Assembly: GCF_001194135.2 (NCBI RefSeq)
Contig: NC_068988.1
Span: 43,186,881-43,219,437 of the forward strand
Direction of reading: 5' to 3'
Length of the DNA stretch: 32,557 nucleotides
Source: Octopus bimaculoides
Taxonomy: Eukaryota
Part shown: positions 1 through 9,029 of the stretch, in pieces
How the letters are laid out: each line of letters opens with the position of its first letter
Position numbering within the stretch: the stretch's first letter is position 1
Notes under the pieces: generated by a model
What the model was told of the DNA's origin: nothing
Seen by the model: the letters and a program-made list of their open reading frames with translations, nothing else
The model's database searches: none
Made by a program: the position numbers and the translations under genes

Positions 1-106
1 GGGGAGAGTCATTTTCTTATTGTGCCTTAAAATTTAACACACTGACCGGTAAAATTACCGGTGAGTGTGTTAAATTTTAAGGCACAATAAGAAAATGACT
101 CTCCCC
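1..106. repeat. Near-perfect palindrome / foldback, probably truncated by the window start
   Basis: 1-43 (GGGGAGAGTC...AACACACT) is the exact reverse complement of 64-106. The centre gACCGGTaaaattACCGGTg also pairs except for one G/G mismatch (44/63) and a 2-nt loop. Confidence 0.95.
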
Positions 107-266
107 AGACACAACAGAATATGCTTCAACACACGAAATCATATAAAAAATCTTGCAAACCAAATCCAAAAACGAAATATATATATATATATATATATAA
201 CTTACATAACTTAGATATGTTTCGTCCAGAGATTGGTCCAGCCCATGTCTAACTTAATAGCACCAT

Positions 267-425
267 GTATGTATGTATGTATGTATGTATGTATGTATGT
301 ATGAATATAAGTATGTATGCATACATAAAAATTTATGTACATAAATGAGGATATATTTATGCATATACATGTGTCCATATACATACATATGTGAGTATTA
401 TATGCATATGTGTGTGAGTGTGAGT
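267..425. repeat. (TATG)n microsatellite and TA/TG low-complexity tract
   Basis: Direct reading of the tandem tgta units. Confidence 0.9.
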
Positions 426-1382
426 GAAAATGTAGCTGTACGTGTAGTATTGGAAGGAAAAGAAAAAGACTCAACAAAAGAAGATTACAAAGAAACAAGA
501 CTGATGAGTTAAATTAAAAATAAAATGTCGGCTGAAGAAAGCAGGAATGTATGAAAGTCAATAACAAATGTAATTCGATCGAAGGCGTTTCAAGCAACAT
601 GACAGTTATCAGAGAAGCGAACAGAGTCGAGGACAAAACAGAGTCATAAACGTATCTCCTTGACATTATTTAAAGTAGCAAGGAGAAAGTAAAGAGTAAT
701 GATGTAGCTATTAGCTTACAACCAAATCCTGGGGGTCAAGAGTCCTTGACCCACAAGACATTTTCTGCATTCTTATTCAGTGAAACATGAAACAGTAGAT
801 GTGGCGAGCATTCGATATTAGGTGTCGGTTGTTTTCACCTTTCAATTATATCAAAAATAAACATGAAACTAAATATCTGTGAACGTATGTATGTCTTTGT
901 CCATGATGTGCATGTGTCTATGTACATTTAGATATTTAGGTTTCCACCAGTATTGTCCCAGGTCATCACTAAACTAAAGATATCTTTTAATTTTTTATCT
1001 TTTACTTGTTTCAGTAATTGGATCGCAGTGAATGGCTTTCATACGAGTTCGAATATGCCTCAAGCATACTAGCGTAACCAGTCATTGTACAAAGAGGGGA
1101 TTATAAGAGGGATCTGTCTCCCTTGTCAGTTCGCAAGTCTGCTTTTCCGATTTCTGGCGCTGAAGAGAAAATAACCTCTCCGAAATGCATGCATCCACCT
1201 GTCTGTTTAGGGAATGCTGCCAAGTGATTCGGTGTATTTGATCTGTTTACAGCAGAAAATTTTCTCCATTGCAAACACAGTGAATGGCTTTCTTACGAGT
1301 TCGGAAATCCCTGATGCATATTTGAACTGGCAACAGGTTTGTATTTATACACATCACTGCTTAACGCATTCATCCCGTAGTT

Positions 1383-1752
1383 GTTTGATAAGAAACTTGC
1401 TTTCCAACCACATGGTTCCTGGTTCAGTCCTACTGCGTGGTACCTTGGGCGACTGTTTTCTACTATAGCCTTGGACCGACCAATAGTTTGTGAGTGGATT
1501 TGGTAGACGGAAACTGAAAGAAGCGCGTCGTATATATATATCTATATGTGCATGCGTGTGTCTTTGTATATGTGTTTGTCCCCCTCACACACACACCGCC
1601 TGAGAAATGGTGTTGGTGTGTTTACGTCCTGGTAATTTAGCGTTTAAGCAAAAGTGACGGATAGAACAAGTACCAGACTTCGAAAAAATTATTCAAAGCA
1701 GTGCTCCTGTGTGGCTGCAGTCTAATGACTGAAAACAGTAAAAAAATAAAAG
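1383..1752 (+). mobile_element. tRNA-derived SINE, family A (near full length, decayed head)
   Basis: Head ...CCAACCACATGGTTCCTGGTTCAGTCC (B-box-like), body TGTGAGTGGATTTGGTAGACGGAAACTGAAAGAAG, internal TA/TG linker and 3' end GCAGTCTAATGACTGAAACAGTAAAA. Aligns with copies at 6592, 13196, 25561 and 32300. Confidence 0.85.
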
Positions 1753-1775
1753 ATATATATCCATATACAAGTATG

Positions 1776-1777
<2 letters not shown>

Positions 1778-1831
<54 letters not shown>

Positions 1832-1991
1832 AACACACACACACGCACGCACACACACACACATGCATATATAAGTATGTATATACATGCATACATACAT
1901 ACATATATACGTATGAATACACATACAAGTGTGTATATGTGTGTCTATGAGTTATGTTTGTGCGCGCACACACGCGCGCGCACACGCGCAC

Positions 1992-2024
<33 letters not shown>

Positions 2025-2040
2025 GTGTTTATGTGTGTGT
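1778..2040. repeat. (CA)n / (CG)(CA) / (TACA)n compound microsatellite
   Basis: Direct reading. Confidence 0.95.
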
Positions 2041-2962
2041 TTATGTAGGTATCGAAAACAGCAATATTACATGTGTCACATGTCGATACATACGCTTAAA
2101 GTCAACAACGATTATAACAACGATAACGTAAGCTTATCTATATAAGCAGAGGCATGCAAACAATTACATATATCACACACTAGAGTAAACTTTAACAGAC
2201 TGTGTCATACTAGCTTGACGCCATCTTTATTAACCCACATCACTTCAAGTAACTCTTGATGTGAAGTAGGTAGTTGAGAAATAGGCGGAGATAGGGAGAA
2301 GGAAAAGTCTTCGGTTGCTCCCGCACAAATAAAAAAAAAAGGGAAGTGTGACAAATTTGAAATGGGTGATTGATTTCACAGTTTAGTAGTTCCACATCGA
2401 AACTGAAGTGGAGTGAAATGGCTTCTCACTGAGACAGGGTGAGTGAAATATTTTTAGACGCTCTAATGCTTTCTCGGTGGCTATATTTCGCTTTTACACC
2501 CGACGCACATAACATACACATACATACATACACGCAACTCTTTCCCTTACAGACCAGAGGGATCCTCTACATTGCGACACAAGGTGGTAGAAATAGCAGT
2601 CAAATTCTATCAAGTTAAACCACGATTTCTTACAAAATTAGAAGCCCACTGACTGATAAGGAAGACAAGATAATTTGGGTAGCCGGCCCTTTCAATTTCG
2701 CTCATATTGCTTTCAATTTTGGTGTCGCAATGCAACTCTGAATTTTGATTACGATCAACCAGTTACTTTATCTCGCAAATTAAAGAATCTGATGATATTT
2801 GGAATTAGAGTTGAGAAATTTAGGTATTAACAGCTTGTTACCAAGACAACCGTACTCTGTGTTGTGTTTCACTTCACCTGTGTCTGTGCCGTACGTTGTT
2901 CTGTGTTGATTCTTCACACCACGAGATTCTTTTCACCAGCGTGTTTTGTGACATGAATGTTA

Positions 2963-3283
2963 TTTTATTTATTTATGCGCCCTTTTCAAGCCTAGCCAGG
3001 CTCATGGGCCCGGTTTACCGGTTTCTATGGCATATCTGTCCCCCCCCCCCCAGCTGGACGGGACGCCAGTCCATCGCAGCGTTACTCAAGAAACAGGAAG
3101 AAAGAGTGAGAGAAAGTTGGGGCGAAAGAGTACAACAGGTGTCGCCCCCCCCCCTGCCGGAGCCTCTTGGAACTTTAGGTGTTGTCGCTAAATAAACGCA
3201 CACAACGCCCGGTCCGGGAATCGAAACCGCGATCCTCCGACCGCGACTCTGCTGCCCTAACCACTGGGTCATTGCGCCTCTGC
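2963..3283 (-). mobile_element. tRNA-derived SINE, family D (full length, with TSD)
   Basis: Minus strand: A-box GGCGCAATGACCCAGTGGTTAGG, B-box GGTTTCGATTCCC, CTGCGATGGACTGGCGTCCCGTCCAG (V-domain-like motif) and an (ATAA)n tail. Flanked by imperfect TSD TGACATGAATGTTA (2949-2962) / TGCACTTGAATGTTA (3281-3295). Confidence 0.9.
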
Positions 3284-3350
3284 ACTTGAATGTTAAGTCA
3301 CTGCAAATGTAGCAAAAGTTGCTTACGATGTTTATACAGTTTCTGGGCAT
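3284..3350 (-). pseudogene. N-terminal remnant of a Chapaev3-like (CMC superfamily) transposase
   Basis: Minus strand reads MPRNCINIVSNFCYICSDLTFK. Removing the SINE and one TSD copy continues it as ...LTFKSQ (using the AAG of the 3281-3295 TSD copy; the 2949-2962 copy reads ATG), resembling the MPRKC.N.PD.FCYICG.LTFKSQ start I recall for Chapaev3-type transposases. A CACTGGTCA(A/G)CAAA terminus-like motif lies upstream (plus strand CAGTG at 3724-3728). Family assignment is from memory, not a search. Confidence 0.6.
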
Positions 3351-4121
3351 TTTGAAGGTCAATGGAATATGGGAACTTAGTACACAACCACCCACCTACA
3401 CTTCAAGCACAGTACTGACAAAATCGTGACTCATCGACTCAGTATTGTCAAGCTTCAGGGACTCATTGATTCAGTTAGCTAGATTTACGATTTCACTAGG
3501 TTAATTCTATTCATAAACATTTAAATTAGTATTTCTTAAAACTTTAGCTTCACATTTCAACAGCTTGTCTGAAATCTAGCCCATGTAGCAGGAAATGAGA
3601 GGGATATCATGGAACAGAGAAACTATGGGTGATACAGATAATTTGACATTATTTTTGACTTCCGCATGCAAAAACGTATAAGATACAGGTATTCTTTCTC
3701 TTGGGTACAAATTCTTTGCTGACCAGTGTTATTCTTATCGTAGTTTACAAATCCAAGAATGAAAACGTTACTCAACTTTAGAGTTTTGGAGATATTATAG
3801 CTGATTTTCAGATTTTTTTTTTTTACTTCCTTTTAAAAAATGCATATTTTGTGAATCAGTTTAACTAGATCCACCAGCCCTTGCCAATAGACCTGTTCAA
3901 TTAGATTTGACATGAGACTAAATAACTACAGCAACACAAACAACAGAAAGCTGGTGGAACCGTTAGCAATAATTTATAGCTTTATTTATTTCGAGTTCAA
4001 CCTTTAAAAAAGAACGAATTATTTCATGTCCTCTCGAAGTATCTAAATTTGTATGACGTACAAAATATTCAATTTCCGCTGGTAAGAACAAAGTTTCTAA
4101 AATGGATAAAGCGGTTCGAAG

Positions 4122-4184
4122 GTCTCGATTGGTCCAATGGTAGAACGACTGTTTAGGGAAAATGTGGGTTCGAATCTCACGGTC
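4122..4184 (+). pseudogene. Degenerate tRNA-like sequence (tRNA pseudogene or orphan SINE head)
   Basis: A-box-like TGGTCCAATGGTAGAAC and intact T-arm GTGGG-TTCGAAT-CTCAC. The anticodon/variable region is about 6 nt too short and the acceptor stem does not pair. Confidence 0.45.
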
Positions 4185-4257
4185 TGTCTTCGACCTTTTC
4201 TATCCAAAGGGTTTTTAACCCAATATTATTACGCTTTAATTTATAGCTTTATGCATA

Positions 4258-4260
4258 CAC

Positions 4261-4313
<53 letters not shown>

Positions 4314-4335
4314 CGTGCGTGTGCGTGTGTGTGTA
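4258..4335. repeat. (TA)n-(TG)n-(TGCG)n microsatellite
   Basis: Direct reading. Confidence 0.95.
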
Positions 4336-4609
4336 TTTACACACACATTTCAATCAGTTGGGAAGGAGGTAAGTTAGAAGGTTTCATCACACTGGAGAAC
4401 TGACCTGAATGCTTGCAATAGAGGCTACGACCCTTGCCTAAAATAACGTTCCGTATCTGGAACCTTGAGGTCGCGAATCGAATTCCTTAAGCGCATTGCT
4501 TTGTTTACGCCTTTACTGTTAGTTTCCTCTTTCACCTTCATTCATATTTCTAATGCTTTACAGGAATAGGAAGTTGATACTGAGAACTTCTCTCGTAATC
4601 AATGCCATT

Positions 4610-4746
4610 GACACTGGAAGGTTTATTAATACCAGAAAAGGATACAAATTTGATCTCGGCAGCCTTTGAACTCAGAATGTGAGGAGCTGTAACTAAATAT
4701 CGCAAGAAATTTCTTCCACGCTCTAACGATTTTGCCAATCTGCTGC
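4610..4746 (-). mobile_element. SINE family B, old divergent 5' fragment
   Basis: Reverse complement reads GCAGCAGATTGGCAAAATCGTTAG...CATTCTGAGTTCAAAGGCTGCCGAGATC, matching the family B head. Confidence 0.65.
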
Positions 4747-4777
4747 AATTATTGCTTAGTCATTATAAAAATCAAAA

Positions 4778-5003
4778 AGGTGGCAATTTCGTAGAATCGT
4801 TAGCACGCCGGACAACATATTTGGCGGCCTTTCGTCTGTCTTTACATTCTGAGTTCAAATTACACCGTGAATGACTTTGTCTCGAATCCTTTCGTGGTCG
4901 ATAAATTAAGTACCAGTGAAACACTGGGTCGATGTAATTGACTCGTCCTCTCCCCCAAAATTTCAAGCCTTGTGCCTTTAATAGAAAGGATTATTATTAT
5001 TAC
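4778..5003 (+). mobile_element. SINE family B (full length)
   Basis: GGTGGCAA...GAATCGTTAGCACGCCGG, B-box GAGTTCAAAT, central CCTTTCGTGGTCGATAAATTAAGTACCAG, 3' CCTTGTGCC...GAAAGG and (ATT)n tail. Confidence 0.9.
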
Positions 5004-5007
5004 TAAT

Positions 5008-5200
5008 AAGGCGGTAAGCTGGCAAAATCGTTAACACGCTGGATACATGCTTTGAGGCATTTCATCCGTCTGTACATTCTGAGTTCAAATTACACCGAAT
5101 CAACTTCTTTTTTCATCCCTTCGGGCCCGATAAATTAATGTTAGTTGAACTCTGGGGTCGATGTAACCGACTAGGCCTCACTCCCTTAAGATTTCAGAGA
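5008..5200 (+). mobile_element. SINE family B, directly after the tail of the previous copy
   Basis: AAGGCGGTAAGCTGGCAAAATCGTTAACACGC head, GAGTTCAAAT and TTTCATCCCTTCGGGCCCGATAAATTAA core. Confidence 0.85.
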
Positions 5201-5271
5201 TTGAACTCTGGGGTCGATGTAACCGACTAGGCCTCACTCCCTTAAGATTTCAGAGATTGAACTCTGGGGTC
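5145..5271 (+). repeat. Perfect 56-bp tandem duplication (2.3 units) of a SINE B 3' segment
   Basis: The unit TTGAACTCTGGGGTCGATGTAACCGACTAGGCCTCACTCCCTTAAGATTTCAGAGA starts at 5145 and 5201, and partially at 5257, with no mismatches. Confidence 0.95.
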
Positions 5272-5385
5272 TTTTATACTCTAGGCACAAAGCCCGAAAT
5301 TTTGGGGAAGGGGGTCAGTCGATTAGATCGATCCCCCAGTACGCAACTGGTATTCAATTGATCAACCCCAAAAGGACGAAAGAGA
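5272..5385 (-). mobile_element. SINE family B 3' fragment, inverted
   Basis: CTTTTATACTCTAGGCACAAAGCCCGAAATTTTGGGGAAGGGGGTCAGTCGATTAGATCGA...CAGTACGCAACTGGTA is the reverse complement of the family B 3' half (cf. 7170-7254). Confidence 0.85.
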
Positions 5386-5639
5386 AACGATTAGAAGGAT
5401 CAACTCAAGGCTAAAAGGAGAGTGAGAAACAATAAATAAATATTTCCATCGTTTTTTTTTTGTTTTTGAAATTTTTTTTTTAATGTTAACTCTTCGTATT
5501 ACTGTTGCTTTGGATGTTAATCCAGAAACATAGACAACTATTAAATTCACTACTGTAGATAAGTAGCGTGCTTACCGCTGTCAAAGATGTAACTGATATG
5601 TTAAGACGCTCAGAATAGCATGATTGACACAACATCTGC

Positions 5640-5671
<32 letters not shown>

Positions 5672-5703
5672 ATCTATCTATCTATCTACCTGCCTGTCTA
5701 TCT
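5640..5703. repeat. (CTAT)n microsatellite
   Basis: Direct reading. Confidence 0.95.
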
Positions 5704-5972
5704 GTCGACAGAAATAAATCCAGGACGTCGCCATATATACCGCGACCCATACAAAAGTCGGTATTATTGTAACTATGCTTCACTGAGCATATCGTATAAA
5801 AAGAACGTCAGTTATTTTGTTCTTAGTTTATTAACACAGCCAGTCGCCATTTGTCTAGCAATTCACTGAAGCATCCAAGATAATTTATCCTATGTTCAAC
5901 GAGGAACCTCTATGCAGGACGCGTGACCTGTTAAAAATAGCAGTCAAATCCACCTTGATTTACACTCTACAG

Positions 5973-6319
5973 CAAGGGTTATCAACTCTTTTTTTTTTTT
6001 ATCTATGTACCCCATTTGGTTATTATTTTATTCTGGTGGACCCCTTAGCCGTTCGATGTTTAAATACTATTTCAATAGAAACTTCTTTTAAAATTCAAAT
6101 TATGTTTTTCATACATTAACGTGTGTAGGTTGAACTATATAAGTTGTTAGAGAAAGAAACCAAGATGTTTCTTGCAAAATAAGATCTTTTCAGGGATCCT
6201 TAAAATACCTTAAAATACCTTAGAATTGCGGATGTCCAATTTACTATTTTGTCGCTCAAAACCCCAAGCATCTTACATAGACCCTCAGGGGCCATATGAA
6301 CCATGGTTGAAAAGCATCG
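5973..6319. mobile_element. hAT (Charlie-like) MITE with 8-bp TSD
   Basis: Left end CAAGGGTTATCAAC and right end GTTGAAAAGCATCG are degenerate versions of CAGNGNTTCTCAAC TIRs. Exact 8-bp TSD CTCTACAG at 5965-5972 and 6320-6327 fits the NTCTANAN target preference of Charlie-type hATs. Confidence 0.8.
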
Positions 6320-6591
6320 CTCTACAGGCTTGAATTAAGGAATAGACAGAGATAATGCTTTAATACAAATCACTAAAAACGTAATGATCATGGTTGGAAT
6401 GTATTTCGTTATAGGTCGATACGATCGGGGTTGAATAACAGTCTTATGGATGCGACATATTTGAAGACGACAAATGCAGAAAAGATATACACATTGTCGT
6501 TACGTTACAAACTGGTAGATGAGCGTTTTCTATCATGGCTTTCAACAATGTAGCTGCAACTTCGAAGACGGAAACTCTGTAGAATATATAC

Positions 6592-6972
6592 ATAGGCTGT
6601 GTGGTAAGTGGCTTGCTTACCAACCACATGGTTCCCGGTCCAGTCCCACTGCGTGTCACCTTGGGCAAATATTTTCTACTATCGCCTCGGGCCGACCAAA
6701 GCTTTGCGAGTGGATTTGGTAGACGGAAACTGAAAGACGCCCGTCGTATATATATATGTAAATGTTTGTCTGTCAGTGTTTCCCCCCCCCCCAATCATCG
6801 CTTGACAACCGATGTTGGTGTGTTTACGTCCCTGTAACTTAGCGGCACAGCAAAAGAGACCGATAGAATAAGTGCTAGGCTTACAAAGAATAAGTCCTAG
6901 GGTCGAGTTGTTCGACTAAAGGCGGTGCTCCAGCATGGCTACAGTCAAATGACGGAAGCAAATTAAAGAAGA
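6592..6972 (+). mobile_element. SINE family A (full length)
   Basis: GGCTGTGTGGTAAGTGGCTTGCTTACCAACCACATGGTTCCCGGTCCAGTCCC head, CACCTTGGGCAA motif, full body and 3' GGCGGTGCTCCAGCATGGCTACAGTCAAATGAC. Confidence 0.9.
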
Positions 6973-7037
6973 CATACATACATACATACATACATACGTA
7001 CTTACATACATATGCATGTATTATATGTGTATGTGAA

Positions 7038-7254
7038 AACGGCGAGCTGGCAGAATCGTTAGCACGCTGGACGAAATGCTTAGCGGTATTTCGTCCGTCG
7101 CTACGTTCTGAGTTCAAATTCCACCTTAGGTCGACTTTGCATTTCATCATTTCGGGGTGGATAAATTAAGTACCAGTTGCGTACTGGAGTCGATCTAATC
7201 GACTGGTGCCCCCTCCCCCAATATTTCAGGCCTTGTGCATATAGTATAAAGGAT
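7038..7254 (+). mobile_element. SINE family B (full length)
   Basis: GGCGAGCTGGCAGAATCGTTAGCACGCTGGACGAAATGCTTAGCGG...GAGTTCAAATTCC...TTTCATCATTTCGGGGTGGATAAATTAAGTACCAG. Confidence 0.9.
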
Positions 7255-7297
7255 TGTGTGTGTCTGTGTACATATACGTACATGCATTCGCAAACGT

Positions 7298-7318
7298 GTA
7301 TTTATATATGTATGTATG

Positions 7319-7376
<58 letters not shown>
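7298..7376. repeat. (TATG)n-(TA)n-(TG)n microsatellite
   Basis: Direct reading. Confidence 0.95.
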
Positions 7377-7392
7377 GTTGCGTATATGTATT

Positions 7393-7645
7393 GGAGGTCT
7401 GTGGCTTAGTGGTTAAGGTGTTGAACTCATGATCGTAAGATTGTAGTTTCGATTCCTGGACTGAGCGACGCGTTATGTTCTTGAGCAAATCACTTTATTT
7501 CACGTTGCTCCAGTCCACTAAGCTGGCAAAAATGAGTAATCCTGCAACGGATCAGCGTCCCGTCCAGGTGGAGATTATATAAGCTATGGAAACATGGAAA
7601 CTGACCCTAGGAATCTATAGGGCTCGGGAATGATCTTTATCTTTA
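7393..7645 (+). mobile_element. tRNA-derived SINE with a family-C 5' half and a family-D-like 3' half
   Basis: Head to ...GCTGGCAAAAATGAGTA matches 8408-8545. The following CCTGCAACGGATCAGCGTCCCGTCCAGG...CTATGGAAAC resembles the family D 3' segment. Confidence 0.75.
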
Positions 7646-7929
7646 TATATATTTATGTACATTTATATTATACATATGCGATGCGGGGAGAGTTGTTCGA
7701 CTAAAGAAGCAGGAAAAACACATAATGGATGCAGACATGTTCAGTTCCTCATCAGCTGACCAAATATCACAATTTCGACACTATGTGTATGTGTGTGTGT
7801 GCGTGCGTGCGTGTGTACTTGTATATGTGTGGACTGTGTGTGCATGAATGGATGGGTCGACCAGTCAGTTTTCAGTCGTTCACTGGATTAGCGAGTAAAT
7901 AGCTGAGAATTTTACAGGTACGTGCAACC

Positions 7930-8260
7930 TTAACGTGATCCTCAGGTAGAGCCACCATGACAGCGAGTTGCATGATCCTTTGAATTACGAGTACAATCCA
8001 TTCGACAGGCTTCCACACACTTTCCATCAACCTGAGACTGAAAGTCATCTGGCTAAAGAGTGGAACTGTGGTATCTCGAAACTGTGGGATCACGAGTTCT
8101 TCCTCGTGAGTGTGAAGCAAACATTTAAAATATACGCGCATTGTATTTTTTTTTTTTTTGTCGGAGAAAGAAAAGCAGTACTCCTGACTCTTTTCAAGAT
8201 CTCTGTGACAAATAAGAGGAACGGAGAATCTCATCTTCCAGAGACCGGACCTGAATGATG
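7930..8260 (-). mobile_element. Possible highly decayed CR1/L2-type LINE 3' remnant
   Basis: Weak, frame-shifted resemblance (QVRSLED.ILR..VTEILK; LVIPQFRDT..FS..L..VW) to the C-terminal end of CR1/L2 ORF2. Not diagnostic. Confidence 0.25.
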
Positions 8261-8407
8261 GACGCTGCTAGAGATACTCAAAGATTAAGTTGTGGTGGGA
8301 AAGTGTTCTGCTATTGGTTTAATCTTTTCTTATGCCAGAAGTTATGAGAATGCAGCTTAAGACTACTAAATGGTCGTTTTTATCCATCTCTGATATACGT
8401 TAGTAAT

Positions 8408-8721
8408 GACGCATGGCTAAATGGTTAGGGTATTCGGCTCACGGTCGTAAGGTCATGAGTTCAATTCCCAGCGGTGCGTCATGTCCTTGAGTAAGACACT
8501 ATTTTCACGTTGCTCCAATTCACTCAGCTGGCAAAAATGAGTAGTACCTATATTTCAAAGGGCCGACCTTATGTTCTGTGTTACGTTGAAGCTCTCTGAG
8601 TACCACGTTAAGAGTACACGTGTCTGTGGAGTGCTTAGCTACTTGCTCGTTAATTTCACAAACAAGCTGTCCGTTGATCGGATCAACTGGAACCCTCGTC
8701 GTCGTAACCGACAAAGCACCA
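8408..8721 (+). mobile_element. SINE family C (full length)
   Basis: GACGCATGGCTAAATGGTTAGGG A-box, GAGTTCAATTCC B-box, TGTCCTTGAGTAAGACAC central motif and 3' GATCAACTGGAACCCTCGTCGTCGTAACCGAC. Inverted copy at 23848-24165. Confidence 0.9.
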
Positions 8722-9029
8722 GGTACGCCTACAAGAATACAATCACAAGAAAAACATTCGAAGATTTCATGAATCATAAAACCTCCGTAATCTCTCCCGC
8801 CTTATCTCTATCGGTTAAAAATGATCCAGCTGTTATAGCAACACAGAAACATGAACATTTCTGCCTCATTACCTACGCTGATAATATGAAGGTTTCGAAT
8901 AAAATTCCTTCAGAAGTAAGTATTCACCACATGTTCATACATGGAATACAACAGCCAGTGAAAATAAATAAATAAATAAATAAGAATGAATAGAAAATAA
9001 AAACACACGCGGTTGCACTGCTGTATACA

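Larger units (their letters stand above)
2685..3872 (-). mobile_element. Composite non-autonomous DNA transposon, copy 1 (left end decayed; interrupted by a SINE)
   Basis: Colinear with 30215-31485 over blocks 2690-2830, 2905-2950, 3470-3790 and 3795-3872. Ends in ...CTAGATCC (3865-3872), matching the right TIR of copy 2. Confidence 0.8.

Noticed and set aside
731-750. Short hairpin GGGTCAAG-AGTC-CTTGACCC
   Set aside because: An 8-bp stem is expected by chance in 32 kb; no terminator or other context.
2382-2438. Exon-like segment with CACAG| acceptor and |GTGAGT donor
   Set aside because: Stop codons in all three frames; no supporting homology.
2682-2689. Possible TSD (GCCGGCCC vs ACCAGCCC at 3873-3880) for composite element copy 1
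   Set aside because: Only 6/8 match and the left TIR is missing, so it is more likely the decayed homolog of internal sequence; not claimed.
4122-4184. Functional tRNA gene
   Set aside because: The acceptor stem does not pair and the anticodon arm is too short; kept only as a pseudogene-like feature. The SINE heads elsewhere are likewise not tRNA genes.
5145-5271. Repeated units superficially like a CRISPR or satellite array
   Set aside because: Contiguous tandem copies without unique spacers, derived from a SINE, in a eukaryotic context with no cas genes.
8571-8975. 134-aa plus-strand ORF
   Set aside because: Its first half is SINE C read-through and the rest has no recognisable motif.
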